From contig OZ251997.1 in NCBI GenBank assembly GCA_965247095.1, forward strand, positions 192,001 through 256,000: 64,000 nucleotides of DNA. Direction: 5' to 3'. This stretch comes from Candidatus Multivorans sp. (GTDB lineage Bacteria > Acidobacteriota > Thermoanaerobaculia > Multivoradales > Multivoraceae). A program made the position numbers and the translations under genes. The notes beneath the pieces were generated by a model, which saw nothing but the letters and a program-made list of their open reading frames with translations, was not told the DNA's origin and ran no database searches. Shown here in pieces: positions 9,410 through 17,847 of this stretch. The stretch's first letter is position 1. Each line of letters opens with the position of its first letter.

Positions 9410-9837
9410 GGGGCGTCCGCCGGCCGGTCGTTGCGGGCAAGACCACGGTCGTCGCTGGCGAGGCTGCGGTCGTCGCGGGCCAGCGCCCCGAAACGCCTCG
9501 CAGGCTCGGAGTTTCGGCCCATCCCGTCCTCGCTGTGACCCCGCGTTTCGGAACTTGCTGCGCCGCGTTCCGAAGCGCTGGGTCCCAGCCCCCCGAAGCG
9601 CGCGAAGCGCAGCACCGCGAGCGTGCCGGTGAAGTTGACCAGGGTGTAGACGAGGGCGAGGTCGAGCCACTCGGGCCGCTCCATCAGGAAGCCGCTGACC
9701 GCGATCAGCAGCACCGTCTTGGTGCCGAACATGTTCACCGCCAGGATGCGGTCGAACACCGTGGGGCCGATGGCGGCGCGGGCGAGCGCCAGGAACATCG
9801 TCACCACGATCGCGGCCATTGCCGCCGTGTACATCAC
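9406..9837 (-). CDS. mrpF: Na+/H+ antiporter subunit F with C-terminal extension
   Basis: GPTVFDRILAVNMFGTK, DLALVYTLVNF. Confidence 0.88.
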   Translation of the reverse strand: MMYTAAMAAIVVTMFLALARAAIGPTVFDRILAVNMFGTKTVLLIAVSGFLMERPEWLDLALVYTLVNFTGTLAVLRFARFGGLGPSASERGAASSETRGHSEDGMGRNSEPARRFGALARDDRSLASDDRGLARNDRPADAP

Positions 9838-10325
9838 GTCGACCGTCCCTCGAGGCGGAGCACGTCGCGGTCCATCGAACCGCCCACAACATCCGCCTCA
9901 CTCTCCGCGTCGAGGGCGTAGACGAGCAGCTCGCCGTCCCGCAGATCGAGCGTGATCGTGCCAGGGGTCAAAGTGATGAAGTTCGCGTACAGGACCTGGC
10001 CGAAGGACGTCTTCTGACTGGCGCGAACGCGTCTGAGCCGGGGGTGGAGTTTGCTCCCAGGGGCCAGGATCAGGCGCACGACGTGGAAGTTCGCCATGGC
10101 GACCTTCGAGACGAAGGCGATCAGGAAACGCGGCAGCCGCAGCCAGGCCCAAGGGTGAAAGAACTCGGAGTCGCCGCCCGCGGCCCGGTCGAGTGCCAGG
10201 TACAGGCGCCATACGAACAGACAGGAGACCAGCCCGAAGAGCGCGATCAGCCACTCGTTGAGGGTGTAGTGCCCCGACAAGGACAGCCACGCCGCGGCCA
10301 GGAGCAGGAGCACGCCCCACCTCAT
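9834..10325 (-). CDS. mrpE: Na+/H+ antiporter subunit E
   Basis: WLSLSGHY, YANFITLTPGTITL. Confidence 0.9.
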   Translation of the reverse strand: MRWGVLLLLAAAWLSLSGHYTLNEWLIALFGLVSCLFVWRLYLALDRAAGGDSEFFHPWAWLRLPRFLIAFVSKVAMANFHVVRLILAPGSKLHPRLRRVRASQKTSFGQVLYANFITLTPGTITLDLRDGELLVYALDAESEADVVGGSMDRDVLRLEGRST

Positions 10326-10331
10326 CGCGGT

Positions 10332-10781
10332 CTACCCATCCACATAGGACTGCTTCCCCTTCGAAATGCTGAGAGTCCACTTTCCGGTGGCCCGGATCCT
10401 CAGCGGGTAGACGCCGGTTTCGGGGTTGAAGAACGTCCTGATGCCCGACCAGTTCGTCGCGTTCTCGGAGATGTTGAGCGGTGCTCCGATCGCGAACGAG
10501 CCCTCGTTGCCTTCGACGGTGACGGCGGCGGTGTACTCGCCGCCGTCCATCTGGAACCTGACTACGGCGTTTCCCTTGCCCTCCAGGCAGCCGGTGCCGC
10601 AGCTCTTCGGTGGCGGCGGGGGCGCGGGCGGTTTCCAGACCGGTCGCTCGGCGGCGGCCGTCGGCGCCGGTTCGGCGGCGTCGCGTGTCTCCTGGACGCA
10701 CGCTGCCGCCCCAAGAACCAGCAAGACGGCGAGGGCGCAGGAACGCGCGGCGCCGCGGCTACGTGGACGGTGCAAGCTCAC
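10332..10781 (-). CDS. hypothetical lipoprotein
   Basis: GTG 10781 overlaps the upstream TAG; lipobox LGAAAC, Pro-rich linker, small beta-rich domain ending ATGKWTLSI. Confidence 0.55.
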   Translation of the reverse strand: MSLHRPRSRGAARSCALAVLLVLGAAACVQETRDAAEPAPTAAAERPVWKPPAPPPPPKSCGTGCLEGKGNAVVRFQMDGGEYTAAVTVEGNEGSFAIGAPLNISENATNWSGIRTFFNPETGVYPLRIRATGKWTLSISKGKQSYVDG

Positions 10782-13006
10782 TAGTCGCCGTCCGTCGACT
10801 CGGTTTCCTGGTTTTCGGTGTCGCCCTCGTCGCCCTCGTCGCCCTCGTCGGCCCAAGGCAGGTAGACCGCGTAGTCGATCTCCCGCGGCGGCGGCTCGCC
10901 GCCGGGGCCGCTTAAGTAGTGCTCCATCCACCGCAGCGTGCGCAACATGTAGTCGAAACGCGCCGCCGAACGGCGGTTGCCGTGCCCCTCGCCCGGGTAG
11001 AAGACGAGCCGCACCGGGGCTTGGCCCAGGGTCTTCAGGTGCCGGTACAGCTCCATCGACTGGCTGGGATGGACCCTCGGATCCTCCTTGCCGTGCAGGA
11101 TCAGGGTCGGCGTGCGGTTGCGCTCGACGTAGTAGATCGGGCTGCTCTTCGTGAAGTAGTCCCAGTCGTCCCAGAGCCGCTTGCGGTGGTGGACGAGGTG
11201 CATCTCCTCCGGGATGTCCGTCGTGCCCATCTTGGAGATGTTGTTCGAGATGCCCACGAAGGGGATGGCGGCGGCGAAGCGGTCGGAGTAGAAGGTCGTG
11301 CCCCAGGCCGAGGCGTAGCCGCCATAGGAGCCGCCGGTGATGCCGACGCGGTCGCGGTGGACGAGGCCGATGTCGATCAGATGGTCCACGGCGACAATCA
11401 GATCCTCGAACTCCTTGCCGGCCGCCGCGGCCTGACCGTGCTTGGAGAACGCAACACCGCGTCCGGTGCTGCCCCGGTAGTTCGGGTAGAAGGCGGCGAA
11501 GCCGCGCGCGGCGGCGAGCTGCCCCAGGTTCGAGTAGCTGGTCAGCCAGCCGTTGCTGTAGTGGCTCTCCGGGCCGCCGTGGACGATCAGGATCAGCGGG
11601 TAGCGCTCTCCTTCCTCGTAGGCGAGCGGGTAGATCAGCAGGCCCTCGAGTTCCAGGCCGTCGGGCGTGCTGTGCCGGATGGCCTCCTGGCGGGCGAGGG
11701 TCAGCTCGTCGAGCCAGGGGTTCGAGTTCGTCATGCGCACCGGCGCCGTCTGCGGGTCCGCCGGGTCGTAGCGGTAGATCTCGCGCGGGTGATCCGGGCC
11801 TTCCGAGACCAAGGCAAGCGCGCCGCCGCCCTTGGCCCGGCTGAAGCCGAGACTGATCGGACCGCCCGGCTCGATCAGCGTCGTCGCCTGGCCAGAGGTG
11901 GAGACCCTGCCGAAGGTGCTCCAGACACCGACGGACGCGCTGTAGAGCAGGTGCTCCTCGTCCTCCCAGGCGAACGCGGCAACGTGTCCCTCGAAGTCGG
12001 GCAGCAGATCGCTCGGCTCGCCGTCGACGCTTTCGAGCACGATCAGCCGGCCCGCCGCGGGGTCGTTCGGGTCGGCCGCCGAGACCGCGGCGATCCGTTC
12101 GCCGTTCGGACTGAACGCGACCGAGCCGAGCTTGCCGATGGCGCGGAAGGAACCCGCGACGGAGAGCTCTTCGCCGGCGGGGGCATCGACGACCACGACG
12201 CTCTTGCTGGTGTAGGAGTCGTCGATGAGGGAGGTCGGGGTGGTGACCGCGGCCAGACGGTCGCCGGTCGGGCGCCAGATCACGGAGAGCACGGAGCCCT
12301 CGACCGCCTCGACCAGGACGGGCTTGGACGCCTCGTCATGCCGGTCGGCGTCGAGTGCGGGGACGTCGGCGACCCACAGGCGGGTCAGCGGTCGGTCCTC
12401 CTCGTAGATCTCCTGGTCGAATCCCTGATCCTTCAGTTTCTTCAGGTCCTTGTCCGTCTCCTCCCGAGCCAGGAAGGCGACCCGGCTGCCGTCCGGCGAC
12501 AGGGCGTAGGCGCCAATGCCGACCGGGTGCTCGACCAGCTTGCGGCTCTCACCGCCGCCGAGGGGGATGCCGTAGAGCGCCGACGTCTTGTCGGAGGCGC
12601 GGCGGGCCGTGTACAGGACCTCGTCGTTGCCCCGGAAGGTCGGGCGCCCGACGTTGACTTCGCCGGTGATGTACGGACGCGACGAGCCGGGTTCGCTCAT
12701 GTCGAGGACATGGAGCTCGGTCCAGGACGAGCCGCTGTCTTCGTCGACGGGACGCCTAGGCACGGCCAGCAGGTAGGCGGCGAGGCTGCCGTCCGGCGAG
12801 AGTTCGACCGTGCCGACACTGCGCAGGGTCGCCACGTGGTGCGGCTCGATCGCGGTCGTTTCCTGGGCGCTCAGGGCGGTCGGCGCCAGCAGCGCCGCGG
12901 CGGCGACGCAGCAGAACGCCGCGGCGACGGTCGACCGCGGGCCCTGGCGCTTTGTGGCGTCCCCTGGTGCGGACGGATCCTCGATGCGAGCGGTGTGCCG
13001 ATTCAT
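10781..13006 (-). CDS. S9 family (prolyl oligopeptidase/acylaminoacyl) peptidase, secreted
   Basis: Signal peptide, propeller repeats (SPDG), HGGP, GGSYGG, D-PRV, EGHG catalytic triad. Confidence 0.92.
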   Translation of the reverse strand: MNRHTARIEDPSAPGDATKRQGPRSTVAAAFCCVAAAALLAPTALSAQETTAIEPHHVATLRSVGTVELSPDGSLAAYLLAVPRRPVDEDSGSSWTELHVLDMSEPGSSRPYITGEVNVGRPTFRGNDEVLYTARRASDKTSALYGIPLGGGESRKLVEHPVGIGAYALSPDGSRVAFLAREETDKDLKKLKDQGFDQEIYEEDRPLTRLWVADVPALDADRHDEASKPVLVEAVEGSVLSVIWRPTGDRLAAVTTPTSLIDDSYTSKSVVVVDAPAGEELSVAGSFRAIGKLGSVAFSPNGERIAAVSAADPNDPAAGRLIVLESVDGEPSDLLPDFEGHVAAFAWEDEEHLLYSASVGVWSTFGRVSTSGQATTLIEPGGPISLGFSRAKGGGALALVSEGPDHPREIYRYDPADPQTAPVRMTNSNPWLDELTLARQEAIRHSTPDGLELEGLLIYPLAYEEGERYPLILIVHGGPESHYSNGWLTSYSNLGQLAAARGFAAFYPNYRGSTGRGVAFSKHGQAAAAGKEFEDLIVAVDHLIDIGLVHRDRVGITGGSYGGYASAWGTTFYSDRFAAAIPFVGISNNISKMGTTDIPEEMHLVHHRKRLWDDWDYFTKSSPIYYVERNRTPTLILHGKEDPRVHPSQSMELYRHLKTLGQAPVRLVFYPGEGHGNRRSAARFDYMLRTLRWMEHYLSGPGGEPPPREIDYAVYLPWADEGDEGDEGDTENQETESTDGD

Positions 13007-13019
13007 GAGCGCTCTCCTG

Positions 13020-14123
13020 TCACTGAGCAGCTTGCTGTTGCTGCTGGTGTTCGATTGATGTCAGGCGTTCGCGGATGTCAGGCGACAGTTTGACGCCCAG
13101 GTGAGTGATCGTATCGGCGGCCATGGCGATGCCGATCTCGCAGCAGGTGCGAATCGGTAGTTCGCGCAGGTGTCCGTAGAGGAAGCCGGCAGCGAAGCAG
13201 TCGCCGGCGCCGGTGGTATCGACCACCTCGACCTCGTGGGCGGGGACGTGGTGGACTTCTTCGCCCCGGCGCACCCAGGCGCCGCGGACGCCGTCCTTGA
13301 CCGCGACCACCTCGATCGTTTCGCTCAGTTCGCGGGCCGCGGCCTCGGGCTTCAGGCCGGTCATCATCCGCGCCTCCTCGGCGTTCGCGAACAGGATGTC
13401 GAAACCGTGTTCCTTGTGGCGCAGCAGGTGGTCCCTCGAGCGCCCGACCGCGAACGGATCGGCGAGGTCGATCGCCAGCTTGACGCCGGCGTCGCGCGCC
13501 ACCTCGATGGCGTGTTCTATCGCGTCGATCTGACTCGGCGTATCCCAGATGTAGCCGGTGGTGAAGAAGATGCGCGACCGGCGGATGTCGTCCTCGGGCA
13601 CGTGTTCGGCGCGGTACTGGCGGCAGACGCCGAGGTGCGTGTTCATCGTCCGCTCGCCGTCGGGGGTGACCAGGACGACGGAGGTGCCGGTCACGCCATC
13701 GATCCGCGCCAGCCGATTCCGGACCCGGCTCGCGGTCAGGCCGCGTTCGAACAGGCGTCCCGTGTCGTCGTCTGCGATGGCTGAGCTGTAGCTGGCGTTC
13801 ACCCCGAGCAGGGAGGCGGCGCGCAGCACGTTGGCGCAGGAGCCGCCGGCCTCGATCTCGGGTTCGAGGACTGCGCCATCCCGGTTGAGGACGTGGTCGA
13901 GGATCGCGTTCTGCTCGTCGGCGGAAACGAGCTTCATGATCCCCTTGTCGAGACCCATTTCGTCCAGGTGCCGGTCCTCGACCCGCACCAGGAGATCGAG
14001 AATCGCGTTCTCGATCCCGGTGACCTCCAGGTCGACTTCAGCCCGCGGCGGTCCCGCCACGGTGGCTACCGCCGCCAAACCCGTCGCGGGCTCCGTGTTT
14101 GGCCCCATCCCCCACCTCCCCAC
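13020..14123 (-). CDS. PfkB family carbohydrate/adenosine kinase (true start may lie further downstream)
   Basis: GIENAILD, GGSCAN, DGERTMNTHLG, FANAEEA, DTTGAGDCFAAGFLYG. Confidence 0.88.
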   Translation of the reverse strand: MGRWGMGPNTEPATGLAAVATVAGPPRAEVDLEVTGIENAILDLLVRVEDRHLDEMGLDKGIMKLVSADEQNAILDHVLNRDGAVLEPEIEAGGSCANVLRAASLLGVNASYSSAIADDDTGRLFERGLTASRVRNRLARIDGVTGTSVVLVTPDGERTMNTHLGVCRQYRAEHVPEDDIRRSRIFFTTGYIWDTPSQIDAIEHAIEVARDAGVKLAIDLADPFAVGRSRDHLLRHKEHGFDILFANAEEARMMTGLKPEAAARELSETIEVVAVKDGVRGAWVRRGEEVHHVPAHEVEVVDTTGAGDCFAAGFLYGHLRELPIRTCCEIGIAMAADTITHLGVKLSPDIRERLTSIEHQQQQQAAQ

Positions 14124-14175
14124 GAGCTTGCGCCCAAGAAGTTGCTTCGCTGCCTTCTACGGCGCAAGCTCCTAG
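14124..14175. repeat. short member of inverted-repeat family B
   Basis: gagcttgcgcc...cttctacggcgcaagctc-ctag; termini match those of the 23013-23185 element. Confidence 0.7.
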
Positions 14176-15704
14176 GTTTCTCCCCAGCGGTCCTTGACGG
14201 CGGCTCGGTCGACCTGGTCGCCGTCCGAGCGGGGCAGCTCGCTGGTGAAGATCACGTCGCGCGGCCGCTTGAACCGGGCGATGCTTGAGCCGACGTGCTC
14301 TCGCACGGCTTCCTGGTCGAGACCGGCCTCCGGATCCGCTTCGACGACGGCGCGGATCGCCTCGCCCCACCGGTCGTCGCTGACCCCGAAGACGCAGACG
14401 GCCCGCACCGCGTCCAGTTCCAGGATGGCCGCCTCGACCTCCGCCGGATAGACGTTCTCGCCGCCGGGCTTGATCAGCTCCTTCTCGGGCTTGCGGGCGA
14501 CGTAGAACAGGTTGCCCTCCTCGTCGAAGCGGCCGATGTCGCCGGTGTGGTGCCAGCCGCCACGGAAGGTGTGGGCGGTGACGTCGGGCTGGCCGTCGTA
14601 GCCCAGGAACACGAGCGGTCCGCGCACGACGATCTCGCCGTCCTCGCCGGCCGGCACCTCGCGTTCGTCGTCGTCGACCAGGCGCACGCTGCACAACTCG
14701 GCCGCCTTGCCGGCACAGCCGAGGCGCTCGCGGGCGTTCTGGATCGTCACGAAACCGCTCGTTTCGCACTGCCCGAAGCCGGCCCAGAAGGTGGCGTCGG
14801 TCTCGTTGTGAAGCCGCTCCATCGTCGCCGGCGAATCGAGGCCGGTGACGTGGCGCAGGCTGGGCAGCTTGCTGCCTGCTTCGGCGGCCGCGTCGAGCAG
14901 CGTGGCGAGCACCGGCGGGAAGTCGCTGATCATCGTGACCTGGTGGCGGTCGATCAGCTCGACCGCCTGCGCGGGGTCGTACTTCGCCGTGATCACGTTC
15001 GCGCCGCCGGCGTGCAGGACGCTCAGCAGGTGGCCGAGCGCGGCGATGTGAAAGAGCGGCAGCGCGACCAGGTTGCGGTCGGCGCCGTCGAGCCCCAGCG
15101 ACGCGATCTCCTGCAGGTTGGCCCAGACCAGGTTCGAGTGGCTGAGCAGGGCGCCGCGCGGGATGACGTCGACGGCGGCGGTCGCGATGACCGCGAACGG
15201 TTCGTCTGCCGCCACCTCGGGTCGCGGCAGATCCCGGGCCGCAGCGTCGTAGGCGTAGAGCGAATCGAGTGAGGCGTAGCCCGACGCGGGACCTTTGCCG
15301 AACTGAAGCCAATGCCGAATCGCGTCGTCTCCGGGTCCGGCCGGCACGGAGTCCAGGAAGTCGGCGCCGACCACGAAGGCGTTCGGCTTCGCCCGCTCGC
15401 GGATCAGCAGCTCGATCTCGCCCTTTTGGAGCCGCCAGTTGACCGGGTAGACCAGGATGCCCTGGCGGGCGCAGGCGAAGTAGAGCTCCACGTAGGCCGC
15501 CGAGTTCTGGGCCAGGACCGCCAGCCGGTCGCCGGTGGTCAGACCGAGACCGGCCAGGCCCGCGGCAAGGGCGTCGACGCGGCTGCGCAGCTCGGCGAAG
15601 CTCCGCTCTTCGCCGTCCTCGGTAACCAGGGCGAGCCGGTCGCCGAACGCCGTCGCGTTGCGGACCAGGACATCGTAGAGCGTGAAGTTCTGAACGCTGG
15701 ACAC
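14172..15704 (-). CDS. AMP-binding acyl-CoA synthetase
   Basis: LPLFHI, GFGQCETSG, GWHHTGDIGRFD, LIKPGGENVYPAEVE; atypical A3 loop TAAVDVIPRG. GTG start inferred. Confidence 0.85.
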   Translation of the reverse strand: MSSVQNFTLYDVLVRNATAFGDRLALVTEDGEERSFAELRSRVDALAAGLAGLGLTTGDRLAVLAQNSAAYVELYFACARQGILVYPVNWRLQKGEIELLIRERAKPNAFVVGADFLDSVPAGPGDDAIRHWLQFGKGPASGYASLDSLYAYDAAARDLPRPEVAADEPFAVIATAAVDVIPRGALLSHSNLVWANLQEIASLGLDGADRNLVALPLFHIAALGHLLSVLHAGGANVITAKYDPAQAVELIDRHQVTMISDFPPVLATLLDAAAEAGSKLPSLRHVTGLDSPATMERLHNETDATFWAGFGQCETSGFVTIQNARERLGCAGKAAELCSVRLVDDDEREVPAGEDGEIVVRGPLVFLGYDGQPDVTAHTFRGGWHHTGDIGRFDEEGNLFYVARKPEKELIKPGGENVYPAEVEAAILELDAVRAVCVFGVSDDRWGEAIRAVVEADPEAGLDQEAVREHVGSSIARFKRPRDVIFTSELPRSDGDQVDRAAVKDRWGET

Positions 15705-15792
15705 GGTTGAGCAGGCTTCGCCGGGGATCGGACCGGCGGGCACTTTATCAACGCGAAGGGGCCGTTTGCCGATCCGTCGCTACACTCCGCCC

Positions 15793-16869
15793 ATGTCCGC
15801 ACGACAATGGAGTCGAATCGTCTTGCTCGCGCTGCTCTTGCCCCTGGCCGTGGCCACGCCCAGCCACGCCTGGAACGACTTCGGCCACGAACTGGTGGCC
15901 CGGATCGCCTGGCAGGTGCTCGAACCGGAGGTCCGAAACCGGGTCGTGGCCCTGCTCCGGCAGGCGCCGGCGGACAGCCGCATGCACTGCCTCGATCTCA
16001 CCCAGGATCGGCGGCGGGGGTGCGGACGCTTCGCCTACCGCCTGGATTCGGCCCGGACCACCGAGGACGGTGACCGCATCCTGTTCGAGCGCGCCGCCTA
16101 CTGGGCGGACCTCGCGCGCGAACTCGACAAGTACAACCGGCCGACCTGGCACTACATCGGCTGGACCTGGCGCCAGGGAACCGACGGATCGGCGCACGAC
16201 ACGGATTTGCCGGTGCCCGCACCGAACGTCGTCAGCCAGTTGCAGGAGTTGGCCCTGTCGGTCGCCGACACGTCCGGCAGGCCCGACAAGCGCGCGATCC
16301 ACCTGGCCTGGATCTTCCACCTGGCCGGCGACGTCCACCAACCGCTTCACGCCGCCTCGCGCGTCACCGACCGGCGGGACGAGCGCGAAGGCGACCGCGG
16401 CGGCAACGGCTTCGGCCTCGACGAAGGGAACCGCAACCTCCACGCCTTCTGGGACGGCGCTCTGGACGGGCAGGCCTGGGCCGAGCATCGGCGGCGTCTG
16501 GCCACCGAGCTCACCCGCGAATCCGGCCAACGGCCTACCCCGGAGCAGCTATGGGCAGCCCTCGGCGAAGTCCGCGACCGCGACTTCGAAGGTCTCAAGG
16601 ACCGCATCGCCGCCCTGGCCCGCTCACGCCACCCCCTCGACGACGCCACCCGCGCCGAACTCAAGTCCGGCGACTTCGAAGCCTGGGCCCAGGAGTCCAA
16701 CCAGATCGTCCGCACCGCTCTCTATCCCGCCAATCTCGTCCGCGGCGAGACACCCCCGGACCACTACGGCGACCAGGCCTTTGACATCGCCCTCCAGCGG
16801 GCAGCCTTGGCCGGCTACCGCCTCGCCGACCTGCTGCGACGAATGCTCGGAGAGGGCGAAGCTCCCTAA
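15793..16869 (+). CDS. S1/P1 nuclease, secreted
   Basis: Signal peptide, then WNDFGH, WAD, WHY, HLAGDVHQPLH, DRGGN, NLHAFWD, AGYRLA. Confidence 0.92.
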   Translation: MSARQWSRIVLLALLLPLAVATPSHAWNDFGHELVARIAWQVLEPEVRNRVVALLRQAPADSRMHCLDLTQDRRRGCGRFAYRLDSARTTEDGDRILFERAAYWADLARELDKYNRPTWHYIGWTWRQGTDGSAHDTDLPVPAPNVVSQLQELALSVADTSGRPDKRAIHLAWIFHLAGDVHQPLHAASRVTDRRDEREGDRGGNGFGLDEGNRNLHAFWDGALDGQAWAEHRRRLATELTRESGQRPTPEQLWAALGEVRDRDFEGLKDRIAALARSRHPLDDATRAELKSGDFEAWAQESNQIVRTALYPANLVRGETPPDHYGDQAFDIALQRAALAGYRLADLLRRMLGEGEAP

Positions 16870-16887
16870 GGGCCGATAGGGCCGTCG

Positions 16888-17847
16888 CTACGCCGCCGGC
16901 AGGCGGTTCAGGAACCGGCGAATCGACCGGACGAGCTCGTCCGGGACGTCGTAGTGGACCATGTGGCCGGCTTCGGCGATCTCTTCGTGTTCGCCGCGGC
17001 GGAAGAGGGCAACGCGGCGGGTGATTTCGTCGGGTTCAGGGGTGGCGTGTTGTTCGTCGACGCCGCGGCGGCCGCTCCAGAACTCGTCTGCGAGGGCGGC
17101 GGTGAGGATAAGGGCTGGGCAGGTGACCCAGCTCCAACGTTCCTCGGAGGCCTCCGGCACGTTCGACATCCAGGTCGTCACCACCTGGGGATCCCACTTC
17201 CACTCCAGCCCGCCAGAGGCCAGGGGGCGCGTGCCCTGCTCGGCGAACTTGCGGGCGCGGACAGGGTCGAGCCGGGTATGGACGCGCTGGAGCAGATCCC
17301 AGGCGTGGTCGAAGGACGCGACGAGCCGGTGCGCTCGCGGGTACGTCAGCGACTCGACCGCCATCCTGGCCCGTTTCTGCTTGACCTCTTCGGGGAAGCG
17401 GTTCATCGCATAGGGCGGCCCCAGGCCCTCGATCAGGACGATGGCGTGCGGCAGCTCGGCGAAGATGCCCGCCCACTGGGCGACGACCTGGCCTCCGAGG
17501 CTGTGCCCGATCACGATCGGCCGCTCGAGGCCGCAGTCGGCGAACACCGCGTGCAGGTCGGCGATGTGGTGGGCCATCGTGTAGATGCCCGGATGCGCGC
17601 TGTCGCCGTGGCCGCGCAGGTCGTACGCGATGACCCGGTGGTCGACCGCGAGCGCTTCCGCGACCGGCGAAAGCGTCAGGGCGAAGTCCTGGATTCCGTG
17701 GGCGAGGAGGATCGGCGGCTGGCTTCGGTCCCCCCACTCGTAGATCTGGAGTTCGGTGCCGCTGGCTTCGATGCGGCGCCGGATCCGCGCCGCGGTCTCG
17801 AGGACGGCGGGCACGAGGGACTCGGGAGAGGACGTGGTGGAAGTCAT
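16888..17847 (-). CDS. alpha/beta fold hydrolase
   Basis: Start MTSTTSS at 17847; LAHG, DLRGHGDS, GHSLGG, AGHMVH. Confidence 0.88.
   Translation of the reverse strand: MTSTTSSPESLVPAVLETAARIRRRIEASGTELQIYEWGDRSQPPILLAHGIQDFALTLSPVAEALAVDHRVIAYDLRGHGDSAHPGIYTMAHHIADLHAVFADCGLERPIVIGHSLGGQVVAQWAGIFAELPHAIVLIEGLGPPYAMNRFPEEVKQKRARMAVESLTYPRAHRLVASFDHAWDLLQRVHTRLDPVRARKFAEQGTRPLASGGLEWKWDPQVVTTWMSNVPEASEERWSWVTCPALILTAALADEFWSGRRGVDEQHATPEPDEITRRVALFRRGEHEEIAEAGHMVHYDVPDELVRSIRRFLNRLPAA

Noticed and set aside
10821-10850. 9-bp tandem repeat (DEGDEGDEGD)
   Set aside because: Low-complexity C-terminal tail of the peptidase.
10919-13093. long antisense ORFs (also 18765-20903, 37236-39752, 43008-45251)
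   Set aside because: Shadow ORFs expected opposite real genes in high-GC DNA; no recognisable motifs.
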